From a virus (Duplodnaviria; Heunggongvirae; Uroviricota; Caudoviricetes), in IMG/VR virus record IMGVR_UViG_3300034283_001314: 64,000 nucleotides of DNA. The stretch is one strand, 5' to 3'. A program made the translations under genes and the position numbers. Of the stretch, positions 27,493-38,384 are shown piece after piece (position 1 is the first letter of the stretch; every line of letters begins with the position of its first letter). The notes under the pieces are model-generated. The model saw only the letters and a program-made list of their open reading frames with translations. It made no database searches and was not told where the DNA came from.

Positions 27493-30018
27493 ATGTATCA
27501 AAACGTCTATTTACAAAAAGGAAAAGATTTAGTTCATCTTTGGGATGATAAATTAGGTTATCAAACATTCCCTTACAAAACATTTAATTACGCCTACGCA
27601 CCGGCAGAAAGAGGTCAATCAACTGCATTAGATGGTACGAAAGTAACTAAAATCTATGAGTTTGAAAAGGATGATCCGGCATATTACGAAACGGATGTAC
27701 CAGAAACAACACGTATCTTAGTAGATTTATATTCAGAAAGTGATTTACCATCGGAAGGACATGTGGTGATGACATTTGATATTGAGGTAGAAATGGAAAC
27801 AGGTCTGCCTGATACCGATAAAGCTGAGAATGAGATTACGGCAATAGCAATGCACGATGGGGCAACGGATACTTACTACGCATTGATTTTAGATAAAGGT
27901 GGTAAGTTACAATCAACAATCAAAAAAGATAATAGAATTATTAAAGCATTCAAAACCGAAAGGGAAATGTTGAATGCCTTCTTAACTATTTACGAATACA
28001 TACATCCAACAATATTAACAGGTTGGAATGTAGATGCATTTGATATTCCGTACTTATTCAATCGTTTGGCAAATGTATTGGGTAAGCAAAACGCATATAG
28101 ATTATCACCGATTAGAGATGGTTTCTATTCACCTTACCGAAAGAAGTGGAGTTTTGCAGGTGTATCTATTTTGGATTACATTACATTATATAAAAAGTTT
28201 ACTTATTCATTAATGCCTTCATACGCATTGAACTATATTGCAAAGCAGGAATTGAGTAGAACAAAATTAGAATACGAAGGAAGTTTGGATGATTTATTCA
28301 GAGATGATATTGAGAAGTTTATTGAGTACAATATTATTGACGTTGAGTTAGTTGTTGAGTTTGATAAAAAATTACAATACATTGACTTGTGTCGAGGTAT
28401 TTGTCACGCCGGACATGTACCATATGAGGATTATTGTTTCTCATCAAAATATTTAGAGGGAGCATGTTTGAACTACTTAAAGAAAAGAAATTTAGTAGCA
28501 CCGAACAAACCAGCAGATAGAAGGGAGCAAATGGAGGCTTTGAAGGAAAGTGGTGAGCAGGGTTTCATTGGAGCATATGTAAAAGATCCAATACCAGGTA
28601 AATACGATTGGTTATATGATTTGGATTTAACATCACTATATCCATCAATCATTATGAGTTTGAATATCAGTCCTGAAACAAAGGTGGGTAAGATTGCAAA
28701 CTTTGATGCAGAGGCATTTGTTAAGGGTGATTATAGAGTATGGAATATAGAACATACAGCTCTTAACTATACTACCGAAGAATTGAGAAAAGAATTGAAT
28801 GAGGAGAATTTATCTATATCATCTAATGGGGTATTGTACACACAAGAGAAAGTAGGATTGATTGCAGATATCCTAAATGAGTGGTTCTCTCAACGTGTGG
28901 AGTTTCGTAAGTTAGAGAAAAAATATGGTAAAGAAGGTGATAAAGCAAAGCACGCATTCTACGCAAAAAGACAGTTAGTACAAAAAATCTTATTGAACTC
29001 TTTATATGGAGTATTAGGATTACCTGCATTCCGTTTTTATGATGTGGATAATGCAGCAGCCGTAACTACAACAGGTCAGACGGTAATTAAGAATACAGCA
29101 AAGATGGTAAACATTAAGTACAATAAGGAGTTGAGTACGAATGAAGATTACAACATTTACATTGATACGGATTCAGTATTCTTTTCAGCATTACCATTAG
29201 TTAAACATAGGTTTCCAAATTGGGCAGAGTTTGATGATGCAGCAATGACAGAAAAGATTGATGAGATAGCAGGTGAAGTACAAGATTTCTTAAATAAGTT
29301 CTATGATATGATGTCGGATAAGTTCTTTAACATTAAGAAACACAGATTTGAAATTAAGAAAGAGTATATCAGTAAGGCAGGTATTTGGATTGCAAAGAAA
29401 CGATATGCACAATGGATAGTTGCAGCGAATGGTTTACCGATGGATAAATTGGATGTAAAAGGTTTAGATGTAGTTCGTTCATCATTCCCCAAAGCATTTC
29501 AAGATTTTATGGCTAGAATGTTAAGAGATATTCTACAAGGTAAATCGAATGATGCAGTAGATACTGAATTAAGAGATTTCAAATTATCATTAGCGGGATT
29601 AGATGTGGCACTTATTGCAAAAGGTGGAGCAGTAAAAGAGATTAGTAAGTATGATAAAGGGGGTAAGAATAAGATATTAGGAGATTTTGAGAAAGGAACG
29701 CCTGCACACATTAAAGCAGGTATAACTTACAATAGATTACTTAAACACTTTAATTGCCCTTTCAAATATGAACCAATGAAAAATGGTGATAAGATTAAGT
29801 GGGTATATCTAAAACAAAATCCATTGAGTTTAGAAACAGCGGCATTCAAAGGTTATCAAGACCCTCCTGAAATAATGGAATTTATCCAAAAGTATATTGA
29901 TGTGGATAAGATATTTGAAGCAGAATTAGAAAACAAAATGGATGATTTCTATAATGCATTAGGTTGGGAAAAATCATCATTCAGTTCAAAGAAATTAGAG
30001 GAATTTTTCTCCTTTTAA
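27493..30018 (+). CDS. polB: family B DNA polymerase (T4 gp43-like)
   Basis: FDIE exonuclease I motif, DLTSLYPSII, KILLNSLYG, YIDTDS, KKRY. Confidence 0.95.
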   Translation: MYQNVYLQKGKDLVHLWDDKLGYQTFPYKTFNYAYAPAERGQSTALDGTKVTKIYEFEKDDPAYYETDVPETTRILVDLYSESDLPSEGHVVMTFDIEVEMETGLPDTDKAENEITAIAMHDGATDTYYALILDKGGKLQSTIKKDNRIIKAFKTEREMLNAFLTIYEYIHPTILTGWNVDAFDIPYLFNRLANVLGKQNAYRLSPIRDGFYSPYRKKWSFAGVSILDYITLYKKFTYSLMPSYALNYIAKQELSRTKLEYEGSLDDLFRDDIEKFIEYNIIDVELVVEFDKKLQYIDLCRGICHAGHVPYEDYCFSSKYLEGACLNYLKKRNLVAPNKPADRREQMEALKESGEQGFIGAYVKDPIPGKYDWLYDLDLTSLYPSIIMSLNISPETKVGKIANFDAEAFVKGDYRVWNIEHTALNYTTEELRKELNEENLSISSNGVLYTQEKVGLIADILNEWFSQRVEFRKLEKKYGKEGDKAKHAFYAKRQLVQKILLNSLYGVLGLPAFRFYDVDNAAAVTTTGQTVIKNTAKMVNIKYNKELSTNEDYNIYIDTDSVFFSALPLVKHRFPNWAEFDDAAMTEKIDEIAGEVQDFLNKFYDMMSDKFFNIKKHRFEIKKEYISKAGIWIAKKRYAQWIVAANGLPMDKLDVKGLDVVRSSFPKAFQDFMARMLRDILQGKSNDAVDTELRDFKLSLAGLDVALIAKGGAVKEISKYDKGGKNKILGDFEKGTPAHIKAGITYNRLLKHFNCPFKYEPMKNGDKIKWVYLKQNPLSLETAAFKGYQDPPEIMEFIQKYIDVDKIFEAELENKMDDFYNALGWEKSSFSSKKLEEFFSF

Positions 30019-30073
30019 ATTTGGTAGATTGGAAATAAAATCGTATATTAGACATATAAATAAAACATAAATT

Positions 30074-30793
30074 ATGAACAAAACAAGAATTACACGCTTT
30101 ATCTCTAAGTATAACTTAGCAGGATTAGTTGAATCGGTTTCATGGAATACCGATGGCCAGAAATTATCTACTCGTTTTATCGCAGATGATAAAACAATGT
30201 TAGGTGAAATCATTTTAGATAACTTTACTTTTGAAAATGCAGAGTTGGGTATCTATACAACTTCTAACTTAAACAAAATGTTATCAGTATTAGGTGATGA
30301 TATTGATTTAGAAGTTCAAAAAGTAGAAGATAAATCTATTGCATTGGGTTTATCAAGTGATGATACTAAAGCTAGTTATCAATTAGCAGATTTAAGTGTT
30401 ATCCCAAATGTACCGGAATTAAAATCATTACCTCCATTTGATATTGAGATTGATTTAGATGGTAAGTTTATTGAGAAGTTTGTAAAAGCTAAAAACGCAT
30501 TGAGTGATATCGATACATTCACTGTCTTAACTGAAAAAGGTAATTTGAATTTAGTGATTGGTTATTCTAATGTAAACTCAAATAGAATTACTTTCAAAGC
30601 AAAAGAAGGATATGGTGAGGAAGTAAAAGCAATTTCATTCTCAGCAAAGTATTTGAAAGAAATATTAAGTGCTAACAAAGAAGCTACATCAGCAAAACTA
30701 TTGGTATCAACAAAAGGTTTAGCTCACATCCAATTCATCATTGATGATTTTGTTTGTAAGTATTATTTAGTTGAAGTTCAGTTATCAGCATAA
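30074..30793 (+). CDS. sliding clamp (T4 gp45-like)
   Basis: 239 aa directly after PolB; GIY...L..MLS and C-terminal YYLV typical of clamps. Confidence 0.7.
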   Translation: MNKTRITRFISKYNLAGLVESVSWNTDGQKLSTRFIADDKTMLGEIILDNFTFENAELGIYTTSNLNKMLSVLGDDIDLEVQKVEDKSIALGLSSDDTKASYQLADLSVIPNVPELKSLPPFDIEIDLDGKFIEKFVKAKNALSDIDTFTVLTEKGNLNLVIGYSNVNSNRITFKAKEGYGEEVKAISFSAKYLKEILSANKEATSAKLLVSTKGLAHIQFIIDDFVCKYYLVEVQLSA

Positions 30794-32358
30794 TGAATTA
30801 CGAAAAGAAATATTTTTACGAGAGGAGTGGGTGGTTCTATGATGAACATGTAAATCTTAAATACGAAGAAGTATTAGAGATGTCATTTCCTGATTTTGAG
30901 GCATGGGTTGCTATGTTCCGTAAGACCGCTAAGGATCAATGGGATGCAACCGGTGCACCTCCTAAAATTGGTGTAGATGAAGCAGATATCATAGAGAACT
31001 TTTCTAAATTACAAGGTTATAGAATTAACAAGTTTGAAGAAAAAGATGATGACGGAAACGAAGTCATCTTTAACTTCAACAAATTTGCAACACCTGTAAA
31101 TCAATTCTTTCCTGCAATGTATAAGACTGGTATCGGTGGTAGTACATACGACAAACCAAAACCATCTATTTACGATATATTTACAGATGATACATATCTA
31201 CCTGAGTTTACAAAACAAATGCGAAGATTGACTAGACAAGATGGTATGTATCGTTTCTCTAAAACTCTTCATAAAGATAATGTAGAGTTTCATAATTCAC
31301 ACTTAGCAACTGGTAAGGAGTGGATTGAGAAATGGCAAAATGGTGATAAAGGAGAGGGATTAGGATTCGCCCTATCACAAGCAGATAGTAGAATTCCATC
31401 ATTACCAATTTCAGCTGAAGAAGTAAAAGAGTTATATAAAAGTGGTGTATTGGAATATAAAAATATATCTTCATTAAAAACAGCAGATTGGGGTGAGAAT
31501 ATAGACAACTTAGTTGATTTACCTAAACAACCAATTCAAATCAGGGTGTACCCATTGGGTCAGAGAATATTTCCTGAAGCAACAGCCGCATTTAGAATTG
31601 GTATGGGTTCTCAACCAGCGGTAAACTTTCCACCACTAACTGCAAAGTATCTTTATGAAAGGTTTACGAATCATATTAAAGACCAGGATAAAATTAACAT
31701 ATACGACCCTTCGGCTGGCTGGGGTGGTAGAATATTAGGAGCATTGAGTGTAGGTGATAGAAATATACATTATATAGGAAATGACCCTAATACGGAAAAC
31801 TATATAGATGAAATACAAAAGAGTAGATACGAATATTTGGCAGAGTTTTTTAATTCACAAGTACCTGGTGTGGCAAATCCGTTTTGGGGACATCAGAATA
31901 CTTATGAAATTTTTAGAACAGGTAGTGAGATAATTTCAAATGAACCGGAGTTTCAAAAATACAAAGGTAAGTTAGATTTTGTATTCACTTCACCACCATA
32001 TTTTGACAGAGAACGATATTCAGATGATGATACACAATCATTTAAGAAGTTCAATTCATACGAAAGTTGGAGAGATGGATTTTTAAGACCTACTTTAACA
32101 ACCGCATTTGAATACTTAAGAAATGATAGATATATTTGTTGGAATATTGCAGATATTAAAATAGGAAAAGATAAGTTTTTCCCATTAGAACAAGATAGTA
32201 TTGATATTCTTACAGAGTTGGGAATGGAATACAAAGATAAGTTAAGAATGACAATGAGTCCAATGACAGGGGTAGATATGAGTGGTGTGAAGAACTCTAT
32301 GAAATTAGAGGGAACTTCATACAAATACGAACCAATTTTTATATTTTATAAACCATAA
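30793..32358 (+). CDS. amino DNA methyltransferase-like protein, paralog of 17956
   Basis: YDPSAGWGGR, FTSPPYFDRERYS, C-terminal EPIFIFYK. Confidence 0.75.
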   Translation: MNYEKKYFYERSGWFYDEHVNLKYEEVLEMSFPDFEAWVAMFRKTAKDQWDATGAPPKIGVDEADIIENFSKLQGYRINKFEEKDDDGNEVIFNFNKFATPVNQFFPAMYKTGIGGSTYDKPKPSIYDIFTDDTYLPEFTKQMRRLTRQDGMYRFSKTLHKDNVEFHNSHLATGKEWIEKWQNGDKGEGLGFALSQADSRIPSLPISAEEVKELYKSGVLEYKNISSLKTADWGENIDNLVDLPKQPIQIRVYPLGQRIFPEATAAFRIGMGSQPAVNFPPLTAKYLYERFTNHIKDQDKINIYDPSAGWGGRILGALSVGDRNIHYIGNDPNTENYIDEIQKSRYEYLAEFFNSQVPGVANPFWGHQNTYEIFRTGSEIISNEPEFQKYKGKLDFVFTSPPYFDRERYSDDDTQSFKKFNSYESWRDGFLRPTLTTAFEYLRNDRYICWNIADIKIGKDKFFPLEQDSIDILTELGMEYKDKLRMTMSPMTGVDMSGVKNSMKLEGTSYKYEPIFIFYKP

Positions 32359-32361
32359 TAA

Positions 32362-32787
32362 ATGAGAACATACATAAAAAAATTACATCCAAACGCGGTT
32401 ATACCTACATATGCAAAGCAAGGTGATGCTGGGATGGATTTAGTAGCAACTGAAATTCTAAACGAAGAAGCATTTCAAATTACATACGGAACAGGATTAG
32501 CAATGGAAATCCCATTAGGATTTGTAGGATTAGTTTTCCCACGTTCATCAATTAGAAAATACGATTTAAGTTTAACAAATTGTGTGGGTGTAATTGATAG
32601 TGGATATAGAGGTGAACTACAAGCCACATTCAGAAAGGAAAGAGGAGTTGCATCTACGAAATATGAAGTAGGTGAAAGAATTGCACAAATTATGATTATT
32701 CCACATCCAGATATTACCTTTATAGAAACCAATGAGCTTTCTGAAACCGATAGAGGTGAAGGTGCCTTTGGTTCAACAGGCAAGTAG
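32362..32787 (+). CDS. dut: dUTPase
   Basis: AGMDL, PRSS, GVIDSGYRGE, RIAQ, RGEGAFGSTG. Confidence 0.95.
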   Translation: MRTYIKKLHPNAVIPTYAKQGDAGMDLVATEILNEEAFQITYGTGLAMEIPLGFVGLVFPRSSIRKYDLSLTNCVGVIDSGYRGELQATFRKERGVASTKYEVGERIAQIMIIPHPDITFIETNELSETDRGEGAFGSTGK

Positions 32788-32788
32788 T

Positions 32789-34012
32789 ATGATTTATTTA
32801 CATGGACCATTTGATAGTTCAACTAATAGAGCATTATTTTATAATACAAAATGGTGGGATTTATATCATAGATTTTTAGTATTAGAACCATCACATGAAA
32901 TTGGAGATGAGCTAAGAAAAACTTTACATACGGAACAACGTGATTTTTTTGTAGAGAGTGCTTTTATTTATGATAGAGAATTTGAATTAGTAGAAGAACC
33001 AGGATATCATATTATTCCTACCAATTTGATGGGATATCAATCTAATATTGCAGAAGCTATTAAAAAATATCCAAATAATAAATACTACATATTTGATACT
33101 GCAAATTTAGAACCATATAATATTTTTGATAATATAGGTTATATTAAAAATAACCCTAATTGTATTTTTTACACTACACTAATAATCGGTGAACCTAATA
33201 AACTTTTTGATTTTGGATTTATATTAAGAAAATTCATAGCAAACAGAATTGTATTACAACATTATCAATGTAATGATATTTTTAAGAATACTAAAAAATC
33301 ATATAGATTAGATTTATCAGTTAGAAATTTTCCTCAAAAAGATGAAAGGGTTGAGTTATTAAAAGTTTTACAAAATTATCAAAAGGATAATATTAATCTT
33401 AGAGTAAATGATTACTATGTAAATAGGATGGAGCAATTATATGAATTTGCAACAAAACATAATAACGCAAATAAATTAGATCAATACAAAAATGAATTTA
33501 AGTTATTAGATAGATTAAAACAAAGTTTAGTGCCAACTACTACATTAGTAGCTGGACAACAGGAACATATTGGGGCAATGAAATTAATTGATGTTACACT
33601 TTCATCGGATATACAAATTATGTTTGAATCCAATCAAAATGGATTATATATACCAAATGAAAAAGAATGGTGTAACATTACTGAGAAAACAATTGATAAT
33701 TTATTAATTGGTAAACCATTCATAATTTGTAGTAAAGTAGCATATGATTTTTTAAAACACTTTGGACTTGAAACATATGAAACTGAATTAAAAATAGATT
33801 ATGATGAAATTTGGGAAAATCCAGATTTTATAGTTAAAAATTTAACTAAGAATATAATCCGTATTTCAGAAATGGAACAAAATGAATATGAGATAATCTT
33901 AAATGAATGTGCTATAGCAGCCGAAACAAATAGACAAAAATGTTTGGAATATATCGAAGAAAACACTATCTTAGATAATATAATAGATGATTACACTTTA
34001 AATTTTATATAA
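32789..34012 (+). CDS. hypothetical protein, possible GT-B glycosyltransferase-like C-terminus
   Basis: FES...ITEKT...IGKPFII motif; start reassigned to ATG 32789. Confidence 0.45.
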   Translation: MIYLHGPFDSSTNRALFYNTKWWDLYHRFLVLEPSHEIGDELRKTLHTEQRDFFVESAFIYDREFELVEEPGYHIIPTNLMGYQSNIAEAIKKYPNNKYYIFDTANLEPYNIFDNIGYIKNNPNCIFYTTLIIGEPNKLFDFGFILRKFIANRIVLQHYQCNDIFKNTKKSYRLDLSVRNFPQKDERVELLKVLQNYQKDNINLRVNDYYVNRMEQLYEFATKHNNANKLDQYKNEFKLLDRLKQSLVPTTTLVAGQQEHIGAMKLIDVTLSSDIQIMFESNQNGLYIPNEKEWCNITEKTIDNLLIGKPFIICSKVAYDFLKHFGLETYETELKIDYDEIWENPDFIVKNLTKNIIRISEMEQNEYEIILNECAIAAETNRQKCLEYIEENTILDNIIDDYTLNFI

Positions 34013-34962
34013 TGAGCTTCTTTGAACAAGACAAAGCAACAAAAAAAGAAAATAGTTTGTGGGTAGAAAAATACAGACCACAAACATTAAAAGATTATAT
34101 TGGTAACGAACTTCTTAAGGAAAAAGTTCAAAGTTACTTAGATAATAATGATGTTCCACACTTACTATTATATGGTAAAGCTGGGACAGGCAAAACAACA
34201 TTGGCTAAAATTATCGCAAACACAATTGAATGTGATTATATGGTAATTAACGCATCAGATGAAAACAATGTAGAGACAGTTCGTAATAAAGTAAAAAACT
34301 TTGCAAGTGGTGCAAGTTTTAAAGGATTTAAGATTATCATATTAGATGAGTTTGATTATATGACACCAAACGCACAGGCTATTCTTAGAAACTTAATGGA
34401 AACATTTAGTAGACATACTAGATTTATCTTAACGTGTAATTATCATGAAAAAATTATTGAACCAATTTTATCGCGTTGTCAAACTTTTGCAGTAAATCCT
34501 CCATCAAAGAAAGAAGTGGCAGTGCATGTTTCGGATATCTTAAATAAAGAAGCTATTAAATTTGATATAAAGGATTTAGCAGATATCATTACAAATTTTT
34601 ATCCAGATATAAGAAGGGTTATGAATACCTGTCAATTACAATCATCTAAAGGTGAATTAAAAATTGATAGACAAACTATTTTACAGGCTGATTTCAAAAA
34701 TAAAATTGTAGATATATTAGCAGGTGGTGAGGAAAAGAGAAATGCATATATTCAAATCAGACAATTAGTGGGTGATAATAAAGTAAATGATTTCGCAGAA
34801 CTATATTCAACCTTATACGAAAGATTAGATGATTACGCAGCAGGAAATACGGCAAATGTAATCTTAGAATTATCACAAGGACAGTTTAGAGATGCATTGG
34901 TTATCGATAAAGAAATCTGTTTTATGGCAACAATTATAGCAATTATAAACATTATTAAATAA
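34012..34962 (+). CDS. clamp loader ATPase subunit (T4 gp44/RFC-like)
   Basis: LWVEKYRP, GKAGTGKT, NASD, ILDEFD, SRC. Confidence 0.92.
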   Translation: MSFFEQDKATKKENSLWVEKYRPQTLKDYIGNELLKEKVQSYLDNNDVPHLLLYGKAGTGKTTLAKIIANTIECDYMVINASDENNVETVRNKVKNFASGASFKGFKIIILDEFDYMTPNAQAILRNLMETFSRHTRFILTCNYHEKIIEPILSRCQTFAVNPPSKKEVAVHVSDILNKEAIKFDIKDLADIITNFYPDIRRVMNTCQLQSSKGELKIDRQTILQADFKNKIVDILAGGEEKRNAYIQIRQLVGDNKVNDFAELYSTLYERLDDYAAGNTANVILELSQGQFRDALVIDKEICFMATIIAIINIIK

Positions 34963-34969
34963 ATAAAAT

Positions 34970-35284
34970 ATGGCAAAGAAAGAGGAATTTAAATTAGCAA
35001 AACCATTAGGTGATAGAGTTCTAATTGAAATTGAAACGAAAGAAAAGACAGTGGGTGGTATTATCATTCCTGATTCGGTAAGAGTAGGTGATAATAAGAT
35101 TGGAAGGGTCGTAGCAGTTGGTGACGGTGTGTATACCCATAGTGGAGTTAAAGTTCCAATGACAATTAAACCAGGTGATAATGTATTACTACCTACCGGA
35201 GAAATGAGTTTACAAAGAATTAAATTAGAAAACAATGATTATCTTTTGTGTAGAGAGATGGATTTACTAATGGTAATCAGATAA
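34970..35284 (+). CDS. groES: co-chaperonin GroES
   Basis: KPLGDRVLI, TVGGIIIPD, VVAVGDG. Confidence 0.9.
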   Translation: MAKKEEFKLAKPLGDRVLIEIETKEKTVGGIIIPDSVRVGDNKIGRVVAVGDGVYTHSGVKVPMTIKPGDNVLLPTGEMSLQRIKLENNDYLLCREMDLLMVIR

Positions 35285-35295
35285 AAATATAAGAT

Positions 35296-35553
35296 ATGCA
35301 ACCAATGGATTTATCAAACTTAGGACAACAATCAGCAGCACAACCTGATTTAAGTAAAACAACGGCATTAGAATGTAAGTGTGGTGGACAATTTTTCTCA
35401 CCTGCTATTCATTTTAGACAAGAAAGTGCATTAGCAAGTACAAGTGGACAATCACAAACTATTCCGGTAGAGGTTTATTTGTGTATTGATTGTGGTGAAG
35501 TATTTGACCAGTTATTACCAAAATCATTAAGACCAGATAATGGCCAAGATTAA
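35296..35553 (+). CDS. zinc-ribbon protein
   Basis: CKCG and CIDCG motifs. Confidence 0.6.
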   Translation: MQPMDLSNLGQQSAAQPDLSKTTALECKCGGQFFSPAIHFRQESALASTSGQSQTIPVEVYLCIDCGEVFDQLLPKSLRPDNGQD

Positions 35554-36028
35554 AAAAGAAACAAATGAAGTTACAGCAAAGAGATTGGGATTATTTGACC
35601 ATATCTCAGCTGTAACGGAATATCAAGATCCGGAGTATTGGGATAAAATATCAGATGATGATAAAAAGACATTTGGTAACTTTATTATACAAAGGTATCT
35701 ATCTATGAATCCTGATTGGATAGAGTGGATGGCAGATGTGCAACCATATATTCAATCACTACCAAATGAATATTTCTATCGTTTTTTTATTGATATGATT
35801 CCACCTAAAAAATATTATCTAAAGTATATTAAAGGTAGAAAGGCAACTGAATACGAAGACTGGTTAATGGAATTAATTATAAAAGAATATATGTGTTCCT
35901 CTAAAGAGGCATGTGATTATTTAGAAATATTATACAACACTAGAGACGGTAGAGAACAAATTCAATCTATTTGTCAAAAATACGGAATTGATAAAAAACT
36001 AATAACATCGCTTAAGTTAAAAATCTGA
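35540..36028 (+). CDS. clamp loader small subunit (T4 gp62-like)
   Basis: FIIQRYLSM...YLKYIK...EYMCSSKEACDYLEIL; near the gp44-like gene. Confidence 0.65.
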   Translation: MAKIKKETNEVTAKRLGLFDHISAVTEYQDPEYWDKISDDDKKTFGNFIIQRYLSMNPDWIEWMADVQPYIQSLPNEYFYRFFIDMIPPKKYYLKYIKGRKATEYEDWLMELIIKEYMCSSKEACDYLEILYNTRDGREQIQSICQKYGIDKKLITSLKLKI

Positions 36029-36077
36029 TAATAATCAGTATTTATTCTATACTTATATAAGTAAAAGGAGTAAATAA

Positions 36078-36728
36078 ATGAAAGCAAAGTTATTAGAATT
36101 AAAAGAAAATTGGAATGATATATTTATATCATTTCTTGCATACATTGGATTGGCATGGGTAATAATTGCATTACTATTCCAATTTACAATGATTGGTTTA
36201 CATTATACTGGAAGTGATATTCCTACTCAAGTTGGAAATTGGTTCGATCATAAATTTAATGGTTCGTTTAAAAATATGCCAGGTAATATTTGGTATAACG
36301 CAGATGAACACATTTGGGTTGAAAGTGTTACTAATGAAGTTAAGATTGGTAAATTAGCAGGTAATAGAAAATTAGAGTTCGGAGTAAAAAATATATTAGA
36401 AGAATTCTTACAAGAAAAAGAGTATAACCTATCTCCAACTTCAACTAATAAATTATTAGTACAAATTATATTTTTAGATGTTCTTACAACAAAAAAGAAT
36501 GTATCTGTTTTTCATAAAAATGAAGAAGAAGTTGTAATTCGATTAAGAGGAGTATTGAAATCTCCTGGTAAAAAAGATAAAGTAGTTATTGTAGAAGAGT
36601 CCTCATCAGAAATTTCAATGAGTACATTGATAGTGGATGAAGGTGGTGGTTTTAATCAAACAAGTTTAAGTAATGCACTTAAAAAAAGTTGTGATAAACT
36701 AATCACTAAATTATCAGAGGTTAAATAA
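36078..36728 (+). CDS. membrane-anchored protein, possible CsgG/LptE-like alpha/beta fold
   Basis: N-terminal TM; FGVKNILEEFL and FNQTSLSNALKK resemble segments of 46085. Confidence 0.4.
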   Translation: MKAKLLELKENWNDIFISFLAYIGLAWVIIALLFQFTMIGLHYTGSDIPTQVGNWFDHKFNGSFKNMPGNIWYNADEHIWVESVTNEVKIGKLAGNRKLEFGVKNILEEFLQEKEYNLSPTSTNKLLVQIIFLDVLTTKKNVSVFHKNEEEVVIRLRGVLKSPGKKDKVVIVEESSSEISMSTLIVDEGGGFNQTSLSNALKKSCDKLITKLSEVK

Positions 36729-36730
36729 AA

Positions 36731-38383
36731 ATGAAGAAATTCTTTATTATTTTAGGGGTAACAATACTATCCCTATTAGCATTTACAGCAAATGCACAAT
36801 TAAATATTAGTCAATCATTAACTCCAACAACTGGATTAAAAGTTGGTGATACGATTACGATTCGATATAATCTAACAAAAGGAGACACTATTGTTAATCC
36901 TCGTTATCTTTGGTTTAGATACCAATTTAACAATAAGGCATTGACTTACCTTTCAACTGAATTTAATCAGGGTGCATCAACACAAACATTTTATACAGGT
37001 TGGGCTAATTATAAGTTCACTCCAAATGTAGGTGCAAATGATAACGCTTTGAATTTACAATATAGTTTGAGTCCTTGGAATTATGCAGTAAATGCAGATT
37101 GGAATGTTGGTCAATTAACAATTCAAAGAGCAGACCGTTCTATTACTGGATTGTTGGCAACACAAAAATACATTTTAAAAGACCAAAATACTTATAACAA
37201 CATTTTCAAAATAGACTTAGCAACTGGTACTGATACAACTGGTGCAAATGTTGGTACTATTACCGGTGGTGGGTTTTCATCTATATCAAATGTAACAGGT
37301 AACACATCTCAATTTAAGGTAAGAGTTCTATTCCCACAAGGATATGCAATTAGTGACCATAATGTTCAATTGATGAGATTGAAAACAGATGGTAGTGGTG
37401 ATATTGATTGGTCACAACAACCTATTACACAAGCTGCATTAGATGCAAGTGGTGAGGTAATATTCACATCAGGAGTTAAAGTTGGTGATAGTGTTGGTGT
37501 ATTTATATCGCCTGCTTCTCAAAAGACTTGGATGAATAATGTAATCACAGTTTCAGATGCATATAAAGCATTTTTAGGACACTCTCAAACTGATATTACT
37601 GGAACTGCAAACTTCTTTACAAGACCTGTTTTGGAAAGAAAAATAGGTAATGTAACAAAGAACGATATGACATTCAACGAAGCTGACTCATATAACTTAT
37701 TTGCATATGTAATCGGACAAGATGTATCTACAAATGCATTTATCCCAACATCAACTTCAACTTCGTGGAGATGGCATAGTGGTTTGTTGAATCAAAGTTG
37801 GTTAGATGGTGTTACTAAGAATAGAGTATATGTTACGGCTCCATCACAAACCGTTGATGCGGTATTTGCATGGGCAGGTGATTTAAACTGGTCACACTCA
37901 TCACATCCTGACACAATTGCAACTAGAATTACACAAGGTACTTTTACAAACTCAATAAACGATAGAAACTTCCAATCACTTTCAGTAAAATCAATGTCAT
38001 ATACTCAACCTACATTTGAAAAGGCAACATTGGGTATTAACTCTACTTTGGAAAATGGTAAAGTTATATTAACTGCAACATTGACAAAAGAAGGATTGGC
38101 GGGTTTACAAGTTATTATGAATTATGACGAAAGTAAATTAACTTTAGATAATGTTTCATTTGATGCAGGAAGTACAATTACAAACTTCTCAACTCGTGAT
38201 GGTAGTAGATTAACATTTGGTTCTATTGACCAATTAAAGACAGCAAGAATCAAAGTAGGAACACCATATAGATTAGTATTCACACCAAAAGAAACTTTAA
38301 CAAATACTGCAGGATTATTCTATTTTATATTAGCAGATGCAGTTGATGGTTTGGGTAAGAAAGTTGATTTGACAATAGAATAA
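36731..38383 (+). CDS. secreted beta-rich protein with dockerin-like and C-terminal cohesin-like regions
   Basis: signal peptide (ANA|Q); GLQVIMNYDESKL cohesin-like motif; C-terminal half paralogous to 39040. Confidence 0.55.
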   Translation: MKKFFIILGVTILSLLAFTANAQLNISQSLTPTTGLKVGDTITIRYNLTKGDTIVNPRYLWFRYQFNNKALTYLSTEFNQGASTQTFYTGWANYKFTPNVGANDNALNLQYSLSPWNYAVNADWNVGQLTIQRADRSITGLLATQKYILKDQNTYNNIFKIDLATGTDTTGANVGTITGGGFSSISNVTGNTSQFKVRVLFPQGYAISDHNVQLMRLKTDGSGDIDWSQQPITQAALDASGEVIFTSGVKVGDSVGVFISPASQKTWMNNVITVSDAYKAFLGHSQTDITGTANFFTRPVLERKIGNVTKNDMTFNEADSYNLFAYVIGQDVSTNAFIPTSTSTSWRWHSGLLNQSWLDGVTKNRVYVTAPSQTVDAVFAWAGDLNWSHSSHPDTIATRITQGTFTNSINDRNFQSLSVKSMSYTQPTFEKATLGINSTLENGKVILTATLTKEGLAGLQVIMNYDESKLTLDNVSFDAGSTITNFSTRDGSRLTFGSIDQLKTARIKVGTPYRLVFTPKETLTNTAGLFYFILADAVDGLGKKVDLTIE

Positions 38384-38384
38384 T

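Noticed and set aside
11784-30018. Inteins or introns in RecA, helicase, NrdJ or PolB
   Set aside because: Lengths are ordinary and the motifs are contiguous; no intein or homing-endonuclease signature was seen.
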